From: the human T2T-CHM13v2.0 reference genome, Homo sapiens
Reading direction: 5' to 3' (one strand)
DNA: 64,000 nt
Assembly: GCF_009914755.1 (NCBI RefSeq)
Contig: NC_060936.1
Below are positions 14,361 through 27,164 of this stretch, one piece after another; position 1 is the stretch's first letter; each line of letters starts with the position of its first letter. The notes below the pieces were generated by a model that was given only the letters and a program-made list of their open reading frames with translations, was not told where the DNA came from and made no database searches. Both the position numbers and the translations under genes were made by a program.

Positions 14361-14651
14361 AAGAATCCCTTTTCTGACATTGTACATTATCTCTTGAATT
14401 TTTCTATTGGCATTAACTTTCACTTATTTACTTTTATCCTCCCTATGATATTTTTAGTAGTTATAAACCAGAAAAGCATATTTCCATTTAATAAATATTA
14501 ATTTAATAAAATAAGTTTCACAGTATATCAACAGATGATTGAAAATTAGAAGCTGCTATCCTTCCATATCAGATTACATTCTTTTCTAGCCCTTGTTAAA
14601 GACTGAGCTACTAAGCCTTCTTGCTTGGTTTCTACATTTCCTATTTATTGT

Positions 14652-14652
<1 letters not shown>

Positions 14653-14682
<30 letters not shown>
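14653..14682. repeat. (CA)15 microsatellite in the STYK1 3'UTR, (UG)n in the mRNA
   Basis: Direct read. Confidence 0.95.
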
Positions 14683-14685
<3 letters not shown>

Positions 14686-15455
14686 TTCTTTTCACTGTTC
14701 TAACATTGACTCTCTAGGCTTAGTCTCCTTAGTCTAATCGGAACTAGGAAGCTAGCTTAATGAACAATACATGTTGAATGTTCTTAATCATGAAATGACT
14801 CCTCCACCTTCTAATTAAACGTAGTAACAAACAGAATTTACCTGTCTCAGAATCAGATAAAAGGGGACCATCTTTCTTTTATCTATACCTAAGGTGAAAC
14901 TCAGAGGTTTTTCCGTTATAGTTCTCCTCCAGCCCCACATGTAGGGCTCAGGACTGAAGAACTTTGTGTCCTACCACCTTTTCTTGAAGGAGGTGTTGGT
15001 CCATATCTGTAATCCTGAGCAAGAAGAACCTTAAATTTTCTTTCCCTTCAACTCTTTTATTGGATTTCTATTCCTTCATTTCATTCCAAATTTTCATCTA
15101 GATAAAAATGTGGTTCCAGAGGAAACTAGCCTCGGACGGGAGGGATGAGCTTATTTGTGCCATGCCCCAACAAATACTGCAGAGTTCTAAAACCTCCTTT
15201 GCACAGGTCCACCACTTCTACCCAGGATTTCTAGGACTGGGACAGCAGAAGTGAGACTGACAGTATGTCTTAGCTCAGGATGTGTAGAGTCCCATCCAGC
15301 ATCATTTCAGATTTCCCGAGAAATGTGTAAAGGAAGATCAAGAATCCATGTCCCATTTCTCCCTTTGTGTCCCTGGGAAAGACCATTCTCTGTTCTTAGA
15401 GGAATTGATTCCAAGAACATATACTCATGCATGAATGTTTCTTGCCCGAGACTCT

Positions 15456-15660
15456 TCAAAGCATGCTATAGTTGTAGAAGAGGCTCTCCACTCTGATGCC
15501 GGCCACAGCTGCATACAGTTCAGGTACCACCAACTCTGGTACTTGTAACACAGCCTCGTCATCTGCAGTTTTAATGGCAGCTTCTAGGCGCAAGCGCAGC
15601 TCTCTAGGTGAGGGGCGGTCAGCCTCACGCCAGCGCCAGCAGGACTTCATGATACTGTAC
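15456..15660 (-). CDS. STYK1: STYK1 last coding exon (YSIMKSCWRW...SLFYNYSML*)
   Basis: cag|GTACAG acceptor, TGA at 15456-15458, 205 nt; nine coding exons sum to 1269 nt = 422 aa. Confidence 0.96.
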
Positions 15661-16113
15661 CTGAGAGGGAAACAAGAGAAACTGACTTCCTTGACGAGGC
15701 AAATGTATGGGGAGCATGTCTCCTCTCCTCACAAACTTTAACAAACAACTCTGCAATTCTTTAATTGTCTTCTGTTTGCCCTGTTACTCATATTCTTCCC
15801 AGAGAGTGATATTCCTTCTCAATCTTTTTATATCAAGTCTCTTAATAGCACTTTCTCAACAAGTGCTCTTGTATAATAGGAATGACTTAACATTTTCCAA
15901 ACTAGGGTATGACAGGACAGTTTTATCACTACATATTGTTTGCTGTAACATTGTAAGCATTGTGCAGTAAAGTAACAGGGCTGGGTAGAAATGAACACAT
16001 GTCATTTTTACTCTGATATGAGACGGAGCTTTTAATCATGTATACTGCTGCATACTTTAGGTTGATTTTCATGTTTCAGATATCTCCTCATCAAAATGTT
16101 ATGTTCTTTAATA

Positions 16114-16185
16114 CTTGTGCCTAGAAGCTGCTGCTAGAATTGCAGATGACAAGGCTGTGTTACAAGTACCAGAGGTTGTGGTACC
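16114..16185 (+). repeat. Inverted partial duplicate of the STYK1 last exon (pairs with 15523-15594)
   Basis: Ungapped 63/72 identity to the exon sense sequence, including a 23-nt perfect core. Confidence 0.93.
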
Positions 16186-17187
16186 AGGTCAGGTATTTTG
16201 TCAGTTAGGTGTCTTTCCCAGTATTAAGACCAGCCTTTAACACATAGAAATGTTTGTCATCAATTTTTTTCTATTGTACCTAGCTCCATCACTATATTCT
16301 GTGCGTGTGTGTGTATGTGTATACTCATATATAATTAAGATACTTAAATTTAATCTGCTTGATGCAGTAATTATTTATCATAAGGAAAACCAAGTGCTGT
16401 AAATTTACCCATTCAATGATAAAAAACTTACAAAATAGCAACAATTCTAATAAAAACATTAATATATTCTCTGCTGCCTCCTTATACACAATTTAACCTT
16501 TTCTTACATTCTACAGCAGTTCCTTTTTGAACTTCATTGGTAATAACAGTCTATGTAATTTTTTATTTTTCCATTTCCTGCCTCTAGGTTGGTTCACTAA
16601 CTGTCCCAATCTGCTGACAATATTGGATCCTCCTTCTGCCTTTCTAATTTCTTCTTATCTCCCCTTCCTCTGGTTGGCTTCTATCACACTGAGAGTTGGA
16701 AAAACAGGGAGACAGTCATTTAAAAGTTAAATACTAAATAAGAACTGGTAAACTCTGAATGAGTAACTCTAGTGCAATGGCTTTTATGACAGCTGTCTGA
16801 ACTGTGGCTGGCAGAAGACTGACATTTAGACTAAACACAACTATACTTGCATTGGGTTTAGTTTACTTGTTACCTATTTTAGAAGCTTCCCATGGAACTA
16901 AACTATAATAAAATTAGATTCCTGATATAGTTCTCAGCGTGTGGTGGGGGTATGTGTGTGTATGTGTGTGAGTATGTGTGAGTGTGTGTATGTATATGTA
17001 TATATAATATATATGCATATATAATATATGAGATAGGTATATTTTACTGCATGGGTTTGGTTAAAAGCTGTACATGGGTACATATACACAGGTGAGGATC
17101 ATCTGAGCCCTTTGAAAAGGGCACGATTGATAGAGGGCTAAACAACATTTGGAATGAAAGAGGAGCAGGCCTTTAAAAACCACTTAC

Positions 17188-17284
17188 ATGGTATGTGTGC
17201 AGCTACTGGGTCTCTTCATGATTTTCCTTCTTTGGAGATGCTCTAGGATGCTGGTAGGAGGGACTTCAGGATACGGTGGTGCTC
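17188..17284 (-). CDS. STYK1: STYK1 coding exon (GAPPYPEVPPTSILEHLQRRKIMKRPSSCTHTM)
   Basis: cag|GAGCAC acceptor, CAT|gtaagt donor, 97 nt. Confidence 0.95.
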
Positions 17285-17949
17285 CTGTCATTACGAAAAT
17301 AATGAGAACTTTAAGGTCCTCTAAAATATGAACTGTAACTAACACTATTCTTCATCCACTTGGGTTGGTTGCTTGCAAAAGATATAGCCATAGGAAAAAT
17401 ACTACATACAATTCAGTTGCTCCCTGGTGATCAAATATGGATATAATTTAGTGAATTGGGGGGAAAGGTGTTTTGGAGAAAAAAACCTGATAAGTTAGGA
17501 GAATCTTGAATCTCTAAGAAAGTGATCAACTAAGACAAGGTAAGACATAAGACCTGTCCTCCACTCTCCATACATGGGAAAGTGTGCAGTTTCTCAGTCA
17601 AATGAATTAATAAGTCTGGAGTAAACATTTTTATGTTTATGCAAGACCACTCTGGGAATTATCCTTGGGATTTGAAAACATCCCTTGGATTTGGTAATAT
17701 TTTGGGGAAAATAAAGAGGAAGAGAGCAAAAGAAAGGTAAAAAAGGACAGGGAAGAAGGGACTGGGGCAAGGAGAAAATAATCACTTTATATGACTATCA
17801 CGGGAATCAGGCTTAGATAACATGTCAGTCCATTTCAAGCTTCAGCACTGTACTGAAACCCTTTCAGAAAGCATACATCATCCACCCCTTAAATAAACAC
17901 GCTTGCATATTTGCATACAGGTACACACTATTTTGGGGCTCATCCTTAC

Positions 17950-17990
17950 CTAGAGTCACCATCTCATAGAGCAGGATCCCAAAAGACCAG
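17950..17990 (-). CDS. STYK1: STYK1 coding exon (WSFGILLYEMVTL; kinase subdomain IX)
   Basis: cag|CTGG acceptor, TAG|gtaagg donor, 41 nt. Confidence 0.95.
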
Positions 17991-18599
17991 CTGTAAAAGA
18001 AACAAAGCCATCTATTTAATTTCTATTTCTGTTTTTCTAAAGAGAGCTCATTTAAGTGTCAGAAGCCTTTAATAAGAGCCCCATGAAAAAGGCAATGAAG
18101 GAGAATCAAGGATGAGTGTCTGAAAAACAAAATAACAGCCATTAGAAAGCATTTCTGCTCAATTTCCATAGGTTCGAATCTCTTTTAAGATTGAAATTAT
18201 ATCTCTATTTACTCTCCTGTGTTTTAAATTAATAGATGTTTGTTATTATTTGCAAATGTGTGTGCATGTAACCACACAAACACATTTACCTCAATCACAA
18301 AAGCACATTTACCTAAAAATATTCCCTCTGTGTCTCTTTCTTCCTTTCCATCCCTCTCTGCTGAAATTCTTGCCTTTATTCTTAGCACAAATTCAACCAA
18401 GTTTTATCATTTAGTCACTATTTTCTCAGTAGATTTAATTGCCCAAACCTAGGAAAAATATTAACAGGGCAAGCTTTATATATAGTTGAAATAGGTATTT
18501 GCCTAAGCAATATGACTTGAGAGGTGTATAGTTCACTATTCTGTAATATCATTATTGAATGATTAATATTTTACAGTTAAGTTTATTACCCCCAGATGT

Positions 18600-19360
18600 C
18601 TATTGAAAAGCAGATGTCAGTGAAGCAACAATGGAAATCTCATAACTGACTCATCATATTAACTGATATTCTAAATTTCCTCTGCTGCTCATGGCATTCA
18701 TGGCTAGCAGGATATTCTACATTACATCAATGCACTTCTCCAAGCAATTGAGTTATATGGCTACCAAAAGTCAATTGTGATTCTTTATGATCCTGTTAAT
18801 GCCAATTTTACATGTAATTGCAATTATATGTAGTTATATAATCAATTAGGTATTTTATATATGGATTAAATGCAAAAAAGTGTTATCTTCCTTCAAACAA
18901 AGTTTGAAGGAAGTTGAATGTTTTGAAAACTAAGTTGAATGTTTTGAAAATGATTTATAAAAATAAACTGCTGAAAAAGAAAGTCTTGTCAAATTGTGTG
19001 AGGGAGACAACTTAGAAAATTGGGAAAAGTAACATCAAAAGTCTGCAGTCAAACAATTTCACAATTATTTTCAGGTTTCTCATGCTACCTAAAATCATTC
19101 TGAACTGGAACTCAAAAATAAATCATTTTTATTTACACTAAAAGATACTATTTACACTAAAAGAACAACGTGTAACTTCATTTGGGAAACTCATCCTTAT
19201 AAAAAGAAGCCTTGCCCCTCCTTGAGAAAAACAGATAATGTACATTTATAAGTTTTATGTTAAAATAAGTTATTGAAGGTATGTATATTTCTTTTTATTT
19301 TAACAATGTGTGGGTTAACTGGCCTTTTGGTTATTCCTTCAGATAAAACAGACTTTACTA
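18600..19360 (+). mobile_element. Degraded Tigger-family DNA transposon remnant
   Basis: Resembles the Tigger transposase 5' region; contains a local duplication of aagttgaatgttttgaaaa at about 18911-18950. Confidence 0.4.
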
Positions 19361-19451
19361 GATTAAGTCCTCAGATATTGATGTGAATAATCTTTTCACT
19401 TTTTTTTTTTTCTAATTAAGGCTGCTAATCTAATACAGAAGAAATACTTGA

Positions 19452-19817
<366 letters not shown>

Positions 19818-19963
19818 TCACATAACATTTCTGCTTGAGAGTATGTCTGATTTCTAAGTAGAGATTATATTCGTATACAGAATTGGCAACAGATCAAATC
19901 ATATTCAGGGACAACACCCAAGTCATGAAGAAAGTAAACTCAGAGTCCAGGAATAAACCGTAC

Positions 19964-20172
19964 ACATCTGCTCTGATGCTAGCAGGTCTCAGGAGAAGCC
20001 GTTCTGGGGCAAGCCACTTGAGAGGTATGGTTTGAGTAGAGGAGATGGCCCCTCGGGTGTAAACTTCATAAGCCAGGCCTAATCCACAGAGCTTAGCAGT
20101 GAGATCACTTTGCATCAGAATATTCCTGGCTGCCACATCCCCATGGAACAAATGCTTCTCCTGCAGGAATTC
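19964..20172 (-). CDS. STYK1: STYK1 coding exon (EFLQEKHLFHGDVAARNIL...LCGLG...WLAPE...ADV; catalytic loop and activation segment)
   Basis: cag|GAATTC acceptor, TGT|gtacgg donor, 209 nt; tyrosine-kinase motifs. Confidence 0.95.
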
Positions 20173-20499
20173 CTGTCAAGATAAAATCAAATATGATCAG
20201 CTGTCTGAGATCACAGCTTGGGTCACAGACAAGGAGAGGCAGTCCTAGGAATCTTCAAAAACACAAGGACATTTTCTACTCTGAACAAGTCTCACTAATA
20301 ATGATATGTCACTTCCAAAGCATGCTAATGAACTGCACATTTCTGCATTGTGTTTAGGATTACCAAATTGAGCAAATAATTCAAATGACATTAATACTGG
20401 ATTTTGAAAATATAATCACCTCTGTTTCAAACACTGACCCCTGCCTGATTTTCGTTTCCCGTGAGAAAGGACCCAGCTAGACACTGGAAAAGGGAGTAG

Positions 20500-20825
<326 letters not shown>

Positions 20826-22034
20826 TGATTCCAAGTTTCTAGCAGTAGTCCTCAAAACAATGTAATACGTACCAAAATTGAGTATCATAATGAAAAATGT
20901 ATATACATATCTCACTTTTTCCCCTAAAATAACTGCATGGGTTGAATTCAGAAATTTTCTTTTAGATAAATCTAAATGATTACAAAAGGCCACAGAGTTA
21001 TTAAGCAGTAGTGACCAGAACCAGGTATTATAATTCATAGGATGTACTATATAAACTCTACTAAAAATTTTCAAGTCAGTCTGCATATTGGAATTGCCTG
21101 AGAGCTTTTTAAACATAAGATTTTCACCCCAGATTTAATAAACCAAAATGTAGGAAGAAAGACCTGGTAACCGACATTTTTAAGATGTATCAAATTCTAG
21201 TACAGCCAACAGAGCATCGGAGAGCCATGGCACCCTATGATAATTGATTTTTGGAGTAATTTCCAATGGCATCAAACTATTCAAGGCATAAGAAGAAAGT
21301 TGCAAAACTATACATGACTGAAGATCTAGATATTGAGGGCTGTGATTACTAAAAAAGGATGGTATAGAAAATTAGAAGGTAAAGGTGATAATTTCCAATC
21401 ACTGATGACAAAGAAAACTAGCAGTTTTCTGTGCCTGGTGAAGCTTTAAAATAAGAAATTATAGTGCCATGATAAGAATTAAAGAATGTAACTGACTTTG
21501 AGCTTGTTAAAAGTAAGAAAAAAATAGCATGATATTGCCTTGTAACAGGTAGCATAGGGTCCTGATGAATGCACCAATTTGACCAATTCATCCCTGGACG
21601 GCGCCTCTGCAATTGCGGTTCTGAATACAGGGTAGGCTGTATCCTGACACTCTTTATCAAGGGAACATATCAACGAGGCCATTCAAACACCATAGACAAT
21701 ATTCACGTATATGATGTGTACTCTCCCTTGTCCCATGGGAGCTTCAACCATAACTATTACTCTTTACCCACCTTAATCCTTTTTTTCTAACCTTTTCCTG
21801 ATTCCACTTACATCCCTATATTTCACACCTCAAAGTAGCAAGATATATCAAATACTTAAAACAGTAGCTTCACAGAACCCCGATTTTCCATAGCAAATGT
21901 TAATTTTAAACACAACCATTTAAATAATTTCATAGAAATAGACATATAAACTTCCTGGGTAATTCTGGTAAAGGTAAATTTTTTATCTTAAACCCTGAGT
22001 TCTTTCTCTTATCTCGTTATTTAAGTTGTTTTAG

Positions 22035-22354
<320 letters not shown>

Positions 22355-22949
22355 TTAAAATAAAGGAATTATCCAACTGTGCTCTTCTCATTCATCCTTT
22401 TCCACTTGTTCCTTAATCTTTTATAATTATATGTACTCCCTGTCACATTCAGTATCAAAGCAAGTCTCCAACCAAACATGTTCTGAACTAGTTTTCTTGT
22501 TTCTCAGGTATAAAATTGCATACTTCCTTCTGGTTCTGTCGCCTTTCACCCATTCAGTTTCTCTTTCCATATCTTCTCCCTACTTGCTTCCCTATCTGTC
22601 TCTTTTAATTCTATTATTAGTACAAATGGGGATGTAAAATTATCAAGTAAATGGGTGTATACCTCTTGGCCCTGAAAAATCTGAAAAATCCTTCCTGTTC
22701 CTTGTATAAACCCTAAGTTGACTACTTTCTTCCTGAAATTACCAATAGTGTGGTAAATTATCTAGATAAATCCCTAAGGAAGGGACTAAAAACAATTTAT
22801 CCATGCTTGAGTTTCTGCCCCCTAACTTCTATCTAATTTTCTTTAAAACATACACACCACTTGAGAATATTAATATGAGAAATATGGCATCAAAAACAAG
22901 GCTAACAAGGAAACGTCACACCATCAGTTGTCATGTTGCCTCATCTTAC

Positions 22950-23033
22950 CAGCGCCAAAAGGACCTGCTTTCCGATGTGATATACTTGTTTTTCTGTGAG
23001 ATCATAGAGAAGACCATCCATAGTCATCACATC
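22950..23033 (-). CDS. STYK1: STYK1 coding exon (DVMTMDGLLYDLTEKQVYHIGKQVLLAL)
   Basis: tag|GATGTG acceptor, CTG|gtaaga donor, 84 nt. Confidence 0.95.
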
Positions 23034-23379
23034 CTAAAGAGACAGGGAAAAAAAGCCATTATATCAAAATAGCACTCACAGATTTGGAAAAGAAATAAAG
23101 TTGGGCAGAGATACTCTGAAATGCAGTTATCAAAGCTTTGAAATATATAAGGACTAGTGTTCAAAGTGAGGCTGTGGGAGATTTTCAGATAGGCAGAGAC
23201 ACAAAATGATCCATTGGACTGGAAAAACAATGACAGACATAGATGAATAGCAGGTAAGACAAGTATAAATAAGACTATCCACTGAATAAAGCAGCAATTT
23301 TTCTAGGGCTCTGTGTGTTTGCTTGTGTGTGTATGCACATGTGAGCACACATGTGTTCATGATTAATTTAGCACATAAA

Positions 23380-23810
23380 CTGAATGCATCTTTATTGAAT
23401 GCCTGAAATGTCCCTTATTCCATGTTAGGAACTTGGAATACAAGCATGAGTAAAATAGCATGGCTGCTGCCTTCTGGAGCTTATTGGGTGACAGGCACAT
23501 GTGAATCAGAATCAAATAATCATACATAAATCAATGGTTACATATCTGTAAGTGCCATAAAGGAAATGTACAAAGTGCTAAGAGAGCATATGATGGTGGG
23601 CAGAAGAGAGTTGATTGAGTTGCAGGGACAGGGAAATTGATGAGATCTGAAGGATGAGTGGACATTAACTATGAAAAGAAGAGAAGAGAGAAGTTTGGTG
23701 GAACAAGAAAAACATATAAAGATAATCTGAAATAGAGATGCGTGGTATTTTTTAAAAATGGAAAGAAGCTAGTGCAGTTAGAGGACAAAACAAGTTTTAG
23801 ATGAGTGACC
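23380..23810 (-). mobile_element. L2 remnant
   Basis: ttgaatgcct...gccttctggagctt...tgagatctgaaggatgagt L2 3' text. Confidence 0.55.
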
Positions 23811-24279
23811 TCTTTAAAAAGTTTAAAATGCCTAAATACTTGCAATTGTCCTATTGACAATACAGGATGGAAGACAATAACAGGGTCCCTTTCTCATACA
23901 CATTCAGTTGTACAATAATCAGCATATGAAGGAGGCTCAAAGAATATTGAACTTGCTCACTAGCAAGTGAGAAACTAGGGAAACAGGTAGCACTTCTGAA
24001 AGAGGAATATAGAACAAGGGAAATTTTAAGGAAAAGGACATCCATTTGAGGCTAAAAATTTCTGAATGCTTTAATTTTAAAAAACGTGAGTTTGAGCTAC
24101 AAAAGCTTTACAAGCTAAATTTCTCCCTGAGTTTGCCCACCATATTATAGTGATGTTACAGAATGGAAAACACACTTAATAACTGCAACAAAATTATAAT
24201 CATTACCAAAAATACTCATATAAAGATAATTGTTATATATAAACAATATAAAGATAATTGTTATATAATTATCTTTATA

Positions 24280-24670
24280 ACAGCTACCATTTTGAGTGCT
24301 TACTCTGTACCAACCATGGCCATGTTTTCACATACATAATTTCTTGTATTTTTTGTAATAATTATTACTCCCATTTTACAGATTCAGAAAACTCAGGATC
24401 AGAAAGGTGACTTGCTCACAGTCACATAACTAGTAGGAGGTGAAGCCTAAAGTCCATGCTCTAAACTTGTACTGTCCACTCTCTGCTCATTAGCCACCTG
24501 TGGCTATTTAAACTTATATTACTTAAAATTAAATAAAATTTAAAATTTAGTTTCTCCATCACATCAGCCACACTTCAAGTGTCTAGAAGCCATCTGTGAT
24601 TAGTGGCTTATCATACTGGATGGAGCAGTTATAGAACATTTCTATAATTACAAAAAGTTCTATTATATGG
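24280..24670. mobile_element. MIR (about 24280-24480) followed by a MER3/MER33-like fragment (about 24490-24670)
   Basis: ccattttacagat...gtcacat MIR core; tagccacctgtggcta...gtggctt MER motif. Confidence 0.6.
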
Positions 24671-24801
24671 TCATACTCCCTTATTCTGTCATGCTGTTAT
24701 AGTGTCTCTGCATTTTGTCATTTGTCACACTAACTGACATGTAAAAAGCTAGTCAACAAGGTCAAGCCTTAACCTCCTAATACCTCTGCCCTACTGCTCA
24801 C

Positions 24802-24983
24802 CCGCCGACAGGTCCAGAGAAAGCCGAGCAGGTCCCCCTGGGCCACATCCTCCAACACCATATAGAGTGGCAGCTTTTCAGTGCAGCAGCCTTCCAGCTG
24901 CACCAGGTTTTTGTGTTTCCCCAGGTATTGATGGAATTGGATTCGCCCTAAGAAATCTTGTACCTCATGGAGCCCAGCTGGTT
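24802..24983 (-). CDS. STYK1: STYK1 coding exon (EPAGLHEVQDFLGRIQFHQYLGKHKNLVQLEGCC...WTCRR)
   Basis: cag|AACCAG acceptor, CGG|gtgagc donor, 182 nt. Confidence 0.95.
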
Positions 24984-25321
24984 CTGTAGAGGACGAAAGA
25001 TCCAGGCAGTGAGCAGTCAGAGCATCCTCGATGAGTGGGAGGCAGGGAGCAGGAGGCAACTTAAGATGTTAATTCTCAAGGCCCCACATGGGAGTGAATG
25101 AAGGCAAAAATAAACACAAAGGGGACTAATTAGATGAAGATGATGCTTAATGTCACTGATCTTTTATCAAAGGTAACACAGAATCATAATTATTAGAACT
25201 GGATAGGCTTTCATCTGCCTAAATAGAGAGATAGTCTGTTTGCATTAAAAAGTTATCACTGTCTAGTCCTTTGGATTAATATCCTTGCTTGTCTTATCCT
25301 TGTTCTATGTATCCACCATTA

Positions 25322-25699
<378 letters not shown>

Positions 25700-25849
25700 T
25701 CAGGAAGGGGTATCAAAGAATAAAGTAAAATGAGGAAACAACCTCAGAATCCTAGTACAAGTAACATCCATTGTGAAAAAATCTGTTTTAACAGCCTCAA
25801 TAGGCAAAGATGAGCTAGGGAACCTAGGATGCAAAGAAGAGCTAGGGAA

Positions 25850-26072
25850 TCTAGGATGCAAAGATGTTTTAACATATGCAAATCAATTCTGTGACCTACC
25901 GCATTAACAGAATAAAGGATAAACATCATATGATCATTTCAATCAATGCAGAAAAGGCATTTGATAAAATCCAATATCCTTTCATGATAAAAACACTACA
26001 CAAAGTACAGAAGGAATGTACCTCAACACAATAAAGACTGTGTAAAAACCCACAGCTAACATCTTACTCATC
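25850..26072 (+). mobile_element. L1 ORF2 (reverse transcriptase region) fragment
   Basis: atgatcatttcaatcaatgcagaaaaggcatttgataaaatcca translates to [14 protein letters not shown], matching the L1 RT motif. Confidence 0.8.
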
Positions 26073-26325
26073 ATAACATTATGCTTATTTGTAGTAGTCA
26101 TTTTAGTTATTATTTGGAGATTGGGTAAGGATTCACAAATAAACAATTTGTGTAATTAAAAAAAAAGACACCAAGAAAAACATTTCTGCCTCAAGTTTCC
26201 ACTCTATTACCTTCTTCTGTACACAGTTATGATCACAACTATCTGTTAGTTAACATCTCAATGTTCGCAAAGCCTGTTAATATTTACTGTTAGGGGAAGG
26301 GGGAGTCAAACACTTCTTGTTTTAC

Positions 26326-26589
26326 CTTTTAAAGCCTTGAGAATAACACTCTTGGGCTTAGAAGGGTCCCCAGTGTTCATATTGGCTCGAAAGATGGGCC
26401 CACAGCTACCACTGCAAATCTGCTCCAGAACTTCAGAGAGTTGCTCCCGCGGCACCTGCAGCTTAGCCAGGGCAGGTGTGGTAGCTCCCAGAAAGTTTTC
26501 CACGGATGTCTCCTTAAGTGGCAAAGCCACATTTCCTCCATGTCCTGCTTCCCAGCTTAGGTCCCTAGGTGGAGGAACAGGGGCAATGC
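26326..26589 (-). CDS. STYK1: STYK1 coding exon (juxtamembrane region to VILKALK, including K147)
   Basis: tag|GCATTG acceptor, AAG|gtaaaa donor, 264 nt. Confidence 0.95.
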
Positions 26590-27164
26590 CTAGAACAGAG
26601 AGATGATGTCAACCAGTTTTTCCCCGCCCTGGGGATCCCGGAAAGCAGACCCTGAAACAAATTGGCAAGGAGGTTCCTTCAGCAGTTTTCTCTTTGGCCA
26701 ATCGGGAGTTGTCTTCTGATGCTTCTCTATAAACCAGCATCAATGTCAAGTTTGTAGAACCTTTATAATAATCCCCATTAGTTCTTAGGACAACTCAAGA
26801 AGGACCCCAGGAAATCGGTCATGACACTTCCTTTCTGCTTTCCTTTCTCTGGGTTACAATTGAGTACTTCCCATGAGTGTGGTATGGAGACAATTAGGGA
26901 AGTTACTGAATAGGTATCCAAACCACAGATGCCTAAAGGTGGAGGTAACTGCCAGTGAGAACTGTCATTTAAATCAGACAAATGGCTTTCAACGTTGGAG
27001 GAAAGGTATGGATAATTAATCAGCTTTAAGCTATGGTTATTCTTCCTCCTTTGAGTTACCCCAAAAGTCAAGTTATTTCATATTTCCTTGAGTCTTGGTC
27101 AAAAAAGTCTTCTGGTACTCTCTCCTTCCCTTGGCCAGCAAAAAAGAGAGGTTCATCCTTCTTA

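Noticed and set aside
16114-16185. Interpretation as a processed pseudogene or mutually exclusive STYK1 exon
   Set aside because: Opposite strand to STYK1, 72 nt from a single exon, no poly(A), TSD or exon junction
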